NCBI GenBank assembly: GCA_963813535.1
Contig: CAWEZH010000001.1
Location: forward strand, 32,001-96,000
Reading direction: 5' to 3'
Source: an uncultured Chloroflexia bacterium
GTDB lineage: Bacteria > Chloroflexota > Limnocylindria > Limnocylindrales > CSP1-4
DNA: 64,000 nt
The notes under the pieces were generated by a model that saw nothing but the letters and a program-made list of their open reading frames with translations, was not told the DNA's origin and made no database searches. This document shows positions 47,323 to 55,982 of this stretch, one piece after another; position 1 is the stretch's first letter; each line of letters begins with the position of its first letter. The position numbers and the translations under genes were made by a program.

Positions 47323-48207
47323 GTGGCAACGGTGAGCAGGAAGGTCGGGGGCCGTGCCGGGCGGCGCGGCCCCGCCGCCCTGCTCGCCCTGCCCGCCGCT
47401 CTCTGGTATCTGCTGTTCCTCATCGCCCCGCTCGTGGTGCTCGCCGTCATGTCGGTCGGCGAGCGCTCTCCGAACGGCGGGTACGCCCCGGGCTTCACGC
47501 TCGAGCAGTACGCCGCGCTGCCCACGCGGTTCACGCCGCTCGTCAACACGCTCGGTCTGGCGGCACTCAACACGGTCATCTGCGCGCTCGTCGCCTTCCC
47601 GGTGGCGTACACGCTCGCCCTGAAGGTCCGCGGGGCGTGGAAGCTCGTCCTCGTCGCGCTCGTCGTCGTCCCGTTCTGGACGAGCTTCCTCATCCGGACG
47701 TACGCCTGGATGACCCTGCTCGGCGGCAACGGCATCCCGCGCGTGCTCGGCTGGATCGGGTTCGACGACATCCAGTTGCTCAACACGCCCTTCGCGGTGT
47801 CGCTGGGCATCGTCTACAACTACCTGCCGCTCATGGTGCTGCCGATCTACGTCAGCCTCGAGCGGCTCGACCGTTCGTTCCTCGAGGCGTCGCGCGACCT
47901 CGGCGCCGGGCCGGTCGCGACGCTTCGCCAGATCGTGCTGCCCCTCGCGGCGCCGGGGATCCTGGCCGGCATCGTGCTGGTCTTCATCCCCGTCATGGGC
48001 GAGTACCTGATCCCGATCCTGCTCGGCGGCGGGAAGACCTACTTCCTCGGCAACGCCCTTGCCGACCTGTTCCTGCAGTCGAGGAACTGGCCATTCGGGT
48101 CGGCGCTCGCCGCCGTGTTCGTGATCGGGATGATCGTGCTGGTCGCGGGCTATCTCGCCGTGTCTCGCCGGCTCGTTCGATCCGGCCGTGAGTCCAGCCT
48201 CATATGA
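47323..48207 (+). CDS. Polyamine-type ABC permease (PotB-like)
   Basis: PFWTSFLIRTYAW, YLPLMVLPIY, LEASRDLGA. Confidence 0.9.
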   Translation: MATVSRKVGGRAGRRGPAALLALPAALWYLLFLIAPLVVLAVMSVGERSPNGGYAPGFTLEQYAALPTRFTPLVNTLGLAALNTVICALVAFPVAYTLALKVRGAWKLVLVALVVVPFWTSFLIRTYAWMTLLGGNGIPRVLGWIGFDDIQLLNTPFAVSLGIVYNYLPLMVLPIYVSLERLDRSFLEASRDLGAGPVATLRQIVLPLAAPGILAGIVLVFIPVMGEYLIPILLGGGKTYFLGNALADLFLQSRNWPFGSALAAVFVIGMIVLVAGYLAVSRRLVRSGRESSLI

Positions 48208-49127
48208 GACTCGAGCGCTGGGGCGAGCGGCTCACCAGGCTGTACACGGCGCTGGTCTTCGCGTTCCTCTTCCTGCCGATCCTCATCGTGGTGATCTATT
48301 CGTTCAATGCCGGCCGCCACGTGACCGAGCTGCTCGGCTTCTCGACCAAGTGGTATTCCGAGGCGTGGTCGGACCGCTTCCTGATGGACGCCCTCGGCAA
48401 CAGCCTGATCATCGCCACCACGACGGCGATCCTCGCGACGATCCTCGGGACGGCGTCGGCGCTGGCGATGGACCGTCTGGGGCCACGCAAGCGCTGGCTG
48501 TTCGAGCTGCTCACCTACGTCGCGATCATCGTGCCCGGCATCGTGATCGGCATCGCCACGCTGATCTTCATCGTCACCGCGCTCGACTGGCTGAACCCGT
48601 GGGTCGCCTACTTCACCGCGGGACGCGGACCGGAGCTGGGGCTGGGCACGGCCAGCGTCGTTGCTGCCCACACGCTCTTCACGCTGGCGATCGTCAACGT
48701 GCTCGTCCGCACGCGGATGCGGGGCATGGACCGCACCCTCATCGAGGCGTCGGAGGACCTGTTCGCGACGCCGTGGCGGACGTTCTGGCAGGTGACGTTC
48801 CCGATGCTGCTCCCGGCCATCGTCGCGGGCGCGTTACTCGCGTTCACGTTCAGCTTCGACGATTTCATCATCGCGTTCTTCACCTCGGGCCAGGACCAGA
48901 CCGTGCCGATCTACCTGTTCGCCTCGATCCGGCGAGGGGTGAGCCCGGAGGTCAACGCGATCGCCACGGTCCTGTTGACGGTCACGATCGTGGCGATGAT
49001 CACGGCCGGGCTCGTGTACCGGCGCGGCCAACGGCGGGCAGGGGCCACGGTGGTCGGCGCGGGCGACGCGGCCGTGGCCGGGGTGCCGCTGGCGGCCAGC
49101 CCACAGCCGGCCGACGGGACGTCCTGA
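48204..49127 (+). CDS. Polyamine-type ABC permease (PotC-like)
   Basis: YSFN, IEASEDL.A, SFDDFIIAFF, PEVNA. Confidence 0.9.
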   Translation: MRLERWGERLTRLYTALVFAFLFLPILIVVIYSFNAGRHVTELLGFSTKWYSEAWSDRFLMDALGNSLIIATTTAILATILGTASALAMDRLGPRKRWLFELLTYVAIIVPGIVIGIATLIFIVTALDWLNPWVAYFTAGRGPELGLGTASVVAAHTLFTLAIVNVLVRTRMRGMDRTLIEASEDLFATPWRTFWQVTFPMLLPAIVAGALLAFTFSFDDFIIAFFTSGQDQTVPIYLFASIRRGVSPEVNAIATVLLTVTIVAMITAGLVYRRGQRRAGATVVGAGDAAVAGVPLAASPQPADGTS

Positions 49128-49867
49128 TGGCGCGGGCGCTCGCCCGACCGCTCCTCGCCGACGTCGTGCGCGACGGTCTGCGCCGGGCAGTGATCACGGG
49201 CGGCTACGAGCCCGGTTCCAAGCTGCCGAACGAGGACGCGCTTGCCGATCAGTTCGCGGTCAGTCGGGCAACGATCCGCGAAGCGGTGCGCGGCCTGGTC
49301 GAGGAGGGCTATCTCGTCCGCCGCCAGGGCTCCGGCACGTTCGTGACGGCGCGACCGCTGCTGCGAAACTCGCTCGACACGAACTTCTCGTACACCGCGT
49401 ACCTCGAGTCGACCGGCGTCCGGGCCGGCCGGCGGATCCTGGGTCTCCGCACCGTACCCGCCGACGAGGACGTCGCCGAGCACCTGCTGATCGAGGTCGG
49501 CGTCCCGGTCGTCGAGCTGACGCGCGTCGGACGGCCGACGACCGGCCGGCGGTCTACTCGGTCGACCGGATGCCGGCCGACGTGGTCGACGCCGAACGCG
49601 ACCGAGAGGCGTTGGGCGGCTCGATCTACGCGCTGCTCGCGTCGCGCGGCCATCCCGTGCGCCATGGCGAGGCGGCGGTCAGGCCGGCGGCGGCGGATGT
49701 GGACCTGGCCGCGGTCCTCGCGCATCCCGGAGGGGACGCTGCTCCAGCACCTCGAGCAGGTCGACATCGACGCCGCGGGCCGGCGGGTGCTGTATTCGCT
49801 GGAGTGGCACGTGCCGAGCGTCATCGAGCTGCGGGTGTATCGGCGAGGGCCTGGGATGGCCGACTGA
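49127..49867 (+). CDS. GntR (HutC/UTRA) transcriptional regulator; two compensating frameshifts (~49528, ~49722)
   Basis: LPNE..LA..F.VSRATIREA, RRQGSGTFV. The UTRA middle (RTADDRPAVYSVD...SIYALL) lies in another frame between the two indels. Confidence 0.85.
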   Translation: MARALARPLLADVVRDGLRRAVITGGYEPGSKLPNEDALADQFAVSRATIREAVRGLVEEGYLVRRQGSGTFVTARPLLRNSLDTNFSYTAYLESTGVRAGRRILGLRTVPADEDVAEHLLIEVGVPVVELTRVGRPTTGRRSTRSTGCRPTWSTPNATERRWAARSTRCSRRAAIPCAMARRRSGRRRRMWTWPRSSRIPEGTLLQHLEQVDIDAAGRRVLYSLEWHVPSVIELRVYRRGPGMAD

Positions 49868-49897
49868 CGGCCGAGCTGTCACACCCATCGGCCAGGG

Positions 49898-49926
49898 TTG
49901 ATCTCATGACCAGGATCGGCTACACT
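49898..49926 (+). promoter_or_regulatory. Putative methyltransferase promoter containing two GATC sites
   Basis: TTGATC(49898)-N17-TACACT(49921); GATC at 49900 and 49914. Confidence 0.55.
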
Positions 49927-49965
49927 CGACACGTCCCACCACCGCCTCCTCTCGAAGGACTCCGG

Positions 49966-51387
49966 ATGACCGATACCGACCTCGACACCGGTGGTGAGAC
50001 CGGTCGCCGACCGACCGCCGCCGAGCTCTTCGCCGGGGTCGGGGGCTTCCATCTCGCACTCGATCGCGCCGGTTTCGACGTCGTGTGGAGCAACCAGTGG
50101 GAGCCCGCCACCAGGGCGCAGCACGCGTTCGACTGCTACGTCCGCCACGTTCGCAGCGGCGACTTCCAGACCTACGGCCGAGGCGAGCGCGGCATCGCTA
50201 CAACCCTGGACGTCCTCGGCCTGACGCCGCACGAAGCCGTGAACGAGGACATCGCGACCATCCTCGATCAGTTCGAGGCCGAGGTGAACGCCGTCGGTCG
50301 GCGAGCGACCTTCCCGACCATCCCCGATGTCGACCTCGTCGTCGGCGGCTTCCCATGCCAGGACTACTCGGTCGCTCGCACGTTGCGACAGGCCCACGGC
50401 CTGGTGGGGAAGAAGGGCGTCCTTTGGTGGGAGATTCACCGCCTGCTTCGGCTGAAACTTGCGACAGGGCGACCCGTGAACCACCTCTTCCTTGAGAACG
50501 TCGACCGGCTGATCAAGTCGCCGAGCGGCCAGCGAGGTCGTGACTTCGCTGTGATGCTCGCGTCACTCGCGGATCTCGGCTACGAGGTCGAGTGGCGCGT
50601 CGTCAATGCGGCCGACTACGGGTTCCCCCAGAAGCGGCGCCGAGTCTTCATCATCGGTCGGCGAGGCAGATCTGACGGGAGCCCGTACGACCAACTGTTC
50701 CGATCAGGCGTCCTGGCCCGGGCGTTGCCGCTCCGCGAGAAGGAGCCGTTCGATTGGGCGCCCATTCGGCTCGACCCTGACGTGAAGGTCGTCAGCGACA
50801 CATTCAATCTCGGGAGCAAGCGGACCCCGTTCGGGAACGCCGGCGTCATGCGCGTCAGTTCGTCAGGTCGTGGTGCTGCAGTCTGGACGGGCGACGTTCG
50901 GCCGGCCTTGGTCGGCGAGCGCACCGCCCTGGCCGACATCCTCGAGCCTGCTGACGACGTCCCGGCCCAGTTCTTCGTCGAAGGCGAGGAACTGGAGAAG
51001 TGGCGCTTCCTGAAGGGCAAGAAGAGCCTGACGCGGATCAGCCGGTCGACCGGTATGGAGTACACCTACGACGAGGGGGCGATCCCCTTCCCCGACCACA
51101 TCGATGGTCCCTCGCGGACGATCCTGACCGGCGAGGGCGGGGCGACGCCCTCACGCTTCAAGCACCTGATCCAGACCGAGGACGGTCGATACCGGCGACT
51201 CACCCCTCGAGAGCTGGAGCGACTCGACGGCTTTCCCGGTGACTGGACCACCGGCATGTCCGACGGCAAGCGTGCATTCATGATGGGGAACGCACTTGTC
51301 GTGGGGGTCGTCGAGCGGATCGCCGACGAGCTCGTCAAGGAGATGGCCGTTCCCGTGATCGAGTCGGAGCGGGCAGCCGCCTCGTAG
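49966..51387 (+). CDS. dcm: DNA (cytosine-5)-methyltransferase, M.Sau3AI-like
   Basis: ELFAGVGG, NQWEP, GGFPCQDYSVA, GKKGVL, LENVDRL.KSP..QRGRDFAVML, QKRRRVFI, LTPRELERLDGFP, MGNALVV. Confidence 0.93.
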   Translation: MTDTDLDTGGETGRRPTAAELFAGVGGFHLALDRAGFDVVWSNQWEPATRAQHAFDCYVRHVRSGDFQTYGRGERGIATTLDVLGLTPHEAVNEDIATILDQFEAEVNAVGRRATFPTIPDVDLVVGGFPCQDYSVARTLRQAHGLVGKKGVLWWEIHRLLRLKLATGRPVNHLFLENVDRLIKSPSGQRGRDFAVMLASLADLGYEVEWRVVNAADYGFPQKRRRVFIIGRRGRSDGSPYDQLFRSGVLARALPLREKEPFDWAPIRLDPDVKVVSDTFNLGSKRTPFGNAGVMRVSSSGRGAAVWTGDVRPALVGERTALADILEPADDVPAQFFVEGEELEKWRFLKGKKSLTRISRSTGMEYTYDEGAIPFPDHIDGPSRTILTGEGGATPSRFKHLIQTEDGRYRRLTPRELERLDGFPGDWTTGMSDGKRAFMMGNALVVGVVERIADELVKEMAVPVIESERAAAS

Positions 51388-51389
51388 CG

Positions 51390-51833
51390 TTGGCCGGGCT
51401 GCAACTCCCGAACCCTCCGCCATCCAGCCCGGCGGTCCGCCATGTCATGCGCGCCAACCGCGCGCGGAACACCGGGCCCGAACGACGCCTACGCGAGGCG
51501 CTCCGAGCCGCTGGCCTGGGCGGGTATCGGCTCAACTGGCGCAAAGCGCCCGGCCGACCCGACATCGCCTACCCCGGACGGAAGGTCGCGATCTTCGTCC
51601 ACGGCTGCTACTGGCATCACTGCCCGCGCTGCTACCCGAACCTCCCGAAATCGAACCCGGAGTTCTGGGCGCGCAAGTTCGAACTCAACCGCGAACGCGA
51701 TGCTCGGAAGCGAACTGGCCTCGAGGCGACCGGCTGGACTGTCATCGAAGCCTGGGAGTGCGACGTCCGTGACCGGCTGGAGACCTGCCTCGCAGTCGTC
51801 CAGAGTTCAATATCCGCGCCAAGCGGGATGTGA
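51390..51833 (+). CDS. vsr: Very short patch repair endonuclease
   Basis: MRANRARNTGPE, PGRPDI, FVHGCYWH, FW..K...N..RD, WEC. Confidence 0.93.
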   Translation: MAGLQLPNPPPSSPAVRHVMRANRARNTGPERRLREALRAAGLGGYRLNWRKAPGRPDIAYPGRKVAIFVHGCYWHHCPRCYPNLPKSNPEFWARKFELNRERDARKRTGLEATGWTVIEAWECDVRDRLETCLAVVQSSISAPSGM

Positions 51834-53156
51834 CCCTGTGACGGCTTTGCTAACCACGTCGGGATGCAACCAGAAAGATCGGCGCATAACTAGACGGTCA
51901 CCAGGCGCCCTCACCTGATCAGCGCTGGTTTGCCCGTGAGAGTTGACCAAGATTGGCAAGCCGTCGCGCTTGCGCGGATAGTCGTCTGGGCGCCCCAATT
52001 CCACGTTGTGCCGATACGACTCCCAAGCATCACCAATCAGTGCCAGCAAACGAGCACTCGGTGACCAGAAGAAGGCACGTCCGATCAACGCCTCTGACCG
52101 AGGATGACTTCGACTCTCTCTCACCAGAGGTACGACAAGAAGACGGTTCAGAACGGTCCGTAACTCGGACGAAGCCCAGGACTCGGCAGCCAAATCGATC
52201 GGTCGAAACGAGGCAAACGACATGTATTCAAGCGGCGTACCCGCGGGAGAAATCGGAGCCGTCTTCACCTCCAAACCGAACTGTTCGAACTCTCTCGTAC
52301 GCCCGCGAGACGGTAGCCCAAGGAGCCGCCGAATCACGGTCGCCTCCGCATTCTTGCTTTGACTTTGGGGAACGCCCAATTCGCGACCAACCACGTCGAT
52401 GCGTCGACCCACGTATCGATGCAGCAGGTGGAGCACGGTTGACTCGAAGACCTCGGCTCCGCCGAAGGGGGCAAGCATTGAGGCGTCAGGTAGCTTGCCC
52501 AGACTATTCAGATATATGGAGTGGACAAAGCGCTCCTTCAAGGCGTATGCGCGTGTCCGACGTTCGCTTCGACCGGGTCCTTTGGTCGCGGAGCCAAGAA
52601 CGCGTGTAAAGCTCTCACTCAACGGAAGTCCCGAAGCCTGACGCTCGCGAATCAGCTCGAAGTCCTGATGCATCAGATCAATCTCATCAACCATCGGGGA
52701 CCAACGGACGACTCGAAGTGTCTTGAAGTCGCCAAGGGCACGACCGCGTTCGTATCCATAGAAAACGAGGAGGAGTCGGTCGAGTTTGGTTCTCAATCCG
52801 GACGCGTCCCATGCTTCATCGGGATTGAAGGCGCCCATCATCCGGAGCGATATCCGCTCCTTCTGTCCGACGCTGCCATCTCCTCGGACGATCAGACCCG
52901 TCGACTTGAGTTCGATGTTGGCGCCGACGAAATCCGGTCGCGGGTCAGAGTTCTGCGGAATGTTGAAGTAGCGCTCGTCGATGTGCCCCGGGATGTGCTT
53001 GGTTCGGTTCGAAGCTGGGCTTTCGAGGGTCGCGCTACTCGGATGCCCGATTTCCCGAAGAGTCTTGCCCACGAGCCACTCGGCGGCCGTCAGAATCGCA
53101 GACTCTGAGGCTGTCGCCGGATCGAACCCGCTCATATTTGGCCGCATGGCTGCCAT
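51807..53156 (-). CDS. MutH/Sau3AI-family restriction endonuclease (two MutH-like domains)
   Basis: NSDPRPDF..ANIELKST (PD-ExK), KERISL, TKG...RAYALK; second domain EVKT...EYMSF...FFWSP...SFWL. Visibly lower GC than the flanks. Start uncertain (53156/53147/53135). Confidence 0.82.
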   Translation of the reverse strand: MAAMRPNMSGFDPATASESAILTAAEWLVGKTLREIGHPSSATLESPASNRTKHIPGHIDERYFNIPQNSDPRPDFVGANIELKSTGLIVRGDGSVGQKERISLRMMGAFNPDEAWDASGLRTKLDRLLLVFYGYERGRALGDFKTLRVVRWSPMVDEIDLMHQDFELIRERQASGLPLSESFTRVLGSATKGPGRSERRTRAYALKERFVHSIYLNSLGKLPDASMLAPFGGAEVFESTVLHLLHRYVGRRIDVVGRELGVPQSQSKNAEATVIRRLLGLPSRGRTREFEQFGLEVKTAPISPAGTPLEYMSFASFRPIDLAAESWASSELRTVLNRLLVVPLVRESRSHPRSEALIGRAFFWSPSARLLALIGDAWESYRHNVELGRPDDYPRKRDGLPILVNSHGQTSADQVRAPGDRLVMRRSFWLHPDVVSKAVTGSHPAWRGY

Positions 53157-53167
53157 AGAGAAGCGCC

Positions 53168-54403
53168 TCAGAATGGCGTCCCATTCCATGGGGAGCGCGG
53201 CGGCGTGAACAGCGCGTCCGCGCGTTCGAGAGCGCCGGGCTGGCAGCCGCGCACGCGACCCGCCGCGGCCAGGTCGACGAACCGGTACGCGCCGAGGTAG
53301 GCCGCCGCTAGCGCAGCCACGTCCAACTCGAGATCGGGCGCGGCCGTCGTCCTTGAGACGGTCGCCCGACCATCTGAGACACGCACCTCCCAGCGCGCCG
53401 CGTTCGCGTCGAACATGTCGTCGGCCACGTCGAGCACCAGCGAGCCCGACCCGACGTACGACCGCGCGCCGAGCGCCTCGGCCACATCGATGAGACGCAG
53501 CCACATCCCGTCGTTGACGACCAGCCCCAACCGGCGCGGCTCGATCAGCATGTGCTGGAGCGGATGGGGGACCGGCCCGCGGCGAGTGGCCACGGTCCGC
53601 ACGAGGTCCATCGAGAACAGCCACTCCCACAGCGCCTGCTCGGCGGCCGCGTCGACACCAAGCACCTCCTGGACGTTCATCGTCGACGCCGGCCCGCTCG
53701 TGCCCCAGCTGTTGTCGATCCGGTAGATCGCGTATCCGCGCGGCTCGCCGTCGATCTCGAGCAGCGCCCGGTACTTGATCCCCTGCCCGCGCTGCATCCA
53801 CTCCGCATCGCCGACCAGCCACAGCTTCCACTTGGGTTCGCTGCGATCGAGCGACCCAGGGAGGCCGGGCCGCACTCGGTCGTAGACCCTGGCGAAGATA
53901 TCCGTTGCCTCGTCGATGTCGACCATCCGGATCCGCGCCTCCGGCCCGAGATCGACCGGCTCACGGAACGCGACCGTCGCCGAGTCCACGCTGAATGACG
54001 ACACCGTCGTCCCCTGCCCGAACCCGAACCGCTGGTAGATCGCCGCCTCGGACGCCAGCAGGACGGCGACAGGCTCGCCGCGCCGGCGGGCGTCGTCGAG
54101 GAGCCAGTCCATCATCTGGCGCAGGATCCCTTGCCGCCGATAGTCGGGCCGCACGCCGACACCGGTGATGCCGCTCGCGCCGACCTCGCCGCCCGGGATG
54201 GTCAATCGGAGCGTGTACGCCCCGGCGGTGCCGACCTGTGTCTCGCCCTCGTATGCGCCGACGAAGCGCGAATAGTCGAGGAGCGGACGTTCGCGCTCGA
54301 TCTCGTCGTCATTGAGCGTCTCGGCGAAGGCATCGGACAGGGGCCGCCAGAACTCGCGGAGATCGTCCGGGCGTGGATTGCGAAGGGTGATCTGGTCGGG
54401 CAT
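53168..54403 (-). CDS. eis: Eis-like GNAT acetyltransferase with SCP2-like C-terminus
   Basis: VGVRPDYRRQGIL, LLASEAAIYQRFGFG, WLRLIDV..AL.AR.Y, LAAAYLG; ends in F. Confidence 0.88.
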   Translation of the reverse strand: MPDQITLRNPRPDDLREFWRPLSDAFAETLNDDEIERERPLLDYSRFVGAYEGETQVGTAGAYTLRLTIPGGEVGASGITGVGVRPDYRRQGILRQMMDWLLDDARRRGEPVAVLLASEAAIYQRFGFGQGTTVSSFSVDSATVAFREPVDLGPEARIRMVDIDEATDIFARVYDRVRPGLPGSLDRSEPKWKLWLVGDAEWMQRGQGIKYRALLEIDGEPRGYAIYRIDNSWGTSGPASTMNVQEVLGVDAAAEQALWEWLFSMDLVRTVATRRGPVPHPLQHMLIEPRRLGLVVNDGMWLRLIDVAEALGARSYVGSGSLVLDVADDMFDANAARWEVRVSDGRATVSRTTAAPDLELDVAALAAAYLGAYRFVDLAAAGRVRGCQPGALERADALFTPPRSPWNGTPF

Positions 54404-54463
54404 CACCGAATCGTGCCACGGCGTCACCGACTCGACGCGAAACGGGCGCAGACTTCGCATGTC

Positions 54464-55426
54464 ATGCGGCTCGCGACCCTCGATCGGGTCCTCGCGCTCC
54501 TCGTCCTGGCCATCGCAGGGACGGGGCTGCTCGCGCTCAAGGCCGGGGCCGCCGACGGCGGTTGGGTCTTCCTCGTCCACGGGCTGGTCGGCGGCGCGCT
54601 GTTGGCGGCCACGCTGCTGAAGGCCCGGCGGTCGGTGCCGCCGGCGATCCGTGCTGGTCGATGGCGCCCGCTGGTCGTCGCGCTTGCCGTCGCGGCGGCG
54701 ATCGCGGGCGCGCTGGTCGGCGGCTTCGCCTGGGTCGCCTCGGGTCGGCTGCTTGCGCTCGGGTCGTTGACCCTGCTCACGATCCATGCCTGGTTCGGGC
54801 TCGTGCTGGTGCCGCTGGTCGTCGTCCACCTGCTGCCGCGTCGCTGGCGCGTCCTGCGACCACCGGCGAACGGAGGTGTCTCGCGCCGCGCAGTGCTGAC
54901 CGCGGCCGGTCTCGCGGTCGCCGGCGTCGGCGCGTTCGTCGCGACGGCGTCACTCGATCGGCTGCTCGGCGGCGTCCGACGGTTCACGGGGTCACGCTGG
55001 CTGGCACCCGGCGGCGTGCCACCGGCGACGACGTTCTACGGCGAGCCACCGCCGACGATCGACATCGGCGCCTGGCGTCTGACTGCCGATGGACGGGCGA
55101 TGGCGCTCGACGACCTGCGGGCGCTCGGCGAGGTCGACCTGACGGCCGTACTCGATTGCACCTCTGGCTGGGCCGTCGAGACGACCTGGCGTGGCGTGCC
55201 GCTGAGCGCCGTGATCGACATCCCCGCCAGTGGCAGCGTCCGCGTCCGGTCGGTGACCGGCTGGTCGACGGTTCTCACCGCGGACGAGGCGCGGCACGCG
55301 CTCCTCGCGACCGGTGTCGCCGGCGGGCAACTCCCGAAAGAGAACGGCGCTCCGTGCCGGCTCGTCGTCCCGGGTCGGCGCGGCCTCGACTGGGTCAAGT
55401 GGGTCGACGAGGTCGACATGGCTTGA
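54464..55426 (+). CDS. Membrane-anchored molybdopterin oxidoreductase (sulfite oxidase/MsrP-like)
   Basis: Four TMs with His residues, internal SRRAVL plus a fifth TM, then LDCTSGW (Mo-Cys) and NGAPCRLVVPGRRG..WVKWV. Confidence 0.82.
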   Translation: MRLATLDRVLALLVLAIAGTGLLALKAGAADGGWVFLVHGLVGGALLAATLLKARRSVPPAIRAGRWRPLVVALAVAAAIAGALVGGFAWVASGRLLALGSLTLLTIHAWFGLVLVPLVVVHLLPRRWRVLRPPANGGVSRRAVLTAAGLAVAGVGAFVATASLDRLLGGVRRFTGSRWLAPGGVPPATTFYGEPPPTIDIGAWRLTADGRAMALDDLRALGEVDLTAVLDCTSGWAVETTWRGVPLSAVIDIPASGSVRVRSVTGWSTVLTADEARHALLATGVAGGQLPKENGAPCRLVVPGRRGLDWVKWVDEVDMA

Positions 55427-55506
55427 CCGGACCTCGGTCGGGAGACTGATATGCGGGGCGTAGAATCGCCGCCGAAAAAGGGGGCGGATAGGTGGAGGTC
55501 AGGACG

Positions 55507-55968
55507 GTGCGTCGTCAATCCATATCCGGACCATGGTTGGTCGCCGCCGTGGTTCTCGTCGTCGGCACCATCGCAGCGGGATGCTCCTCGGGTGCGGCCT
55601 CGCCGACGGCTGCCCCGGCAACCTCGGCTGCCGCCGGCGGTTCGATCGCGGTCGAACTGAGTGAATGGAAGGTCGTGCCCGCGTCCGCGACCGCGGCGGC
55701 CGGCTCCGTGACCTTTGCTGTCACCAACGCCGGGACACAGGTGCACGAATTCGTCGTCGTCAAGACCGACCTGAAGGCCGATGCGCTGCCCGTCGTCGAC
55801 AACAAGATCGACGAGACGACACTGACGCCAGTCGACGAGATCGAGGACATCGCGGCCGGGGCGGCGCCGACGCTCGCCGTCGACCTCGACGCCGGCCACT
55901 ATGTGCTGCTCTGCAACATCGAGACACACTATGCGCAGGGCATGCACGCCGACTTCGACGTGAGCTGA
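55507..55968 (+). CDS. Cupredoxin (type-1 blue copper) lipoprotein
   Basis: Lipobox AAGC; HEF...CNIETHYAQGM (H-C-H-M ligands); GGAGG RBS; TAGAAT at 55461. Confidence 0.82.
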   Translation: MRRQSISGPWLVAAVVLVVGTIAAGCSSGAASPTAAPATSAAAGGSIAVELSEWKVVPASATAAAGSVTFAVTNAGTQVHEFVVVKTDLKADALPVVDNKIDETTLTPVDEIEDIAAGAAPTLAVDLDAGHYVLLCNIETHYAQGMHADFDVS

Positions 55969-55982
55969 CGTCTCCCTCCCGC

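Noticed and set aside
49877-49898. TGTCAC-N10-CAGGGT resembling a PafBC/RecA-independent damage promoter before dcm
   Set aside because: Both halves deviate from the consensus, and a better sigma70 promoter lies immediately downstream.
51807-53831. 674-aa version of the nuclease ORF overlapping eis
   Set aside because: The N-terminal 225 codons are an alternative frame of eis; composition changes at about 53160, so the real start is 53156 or later.
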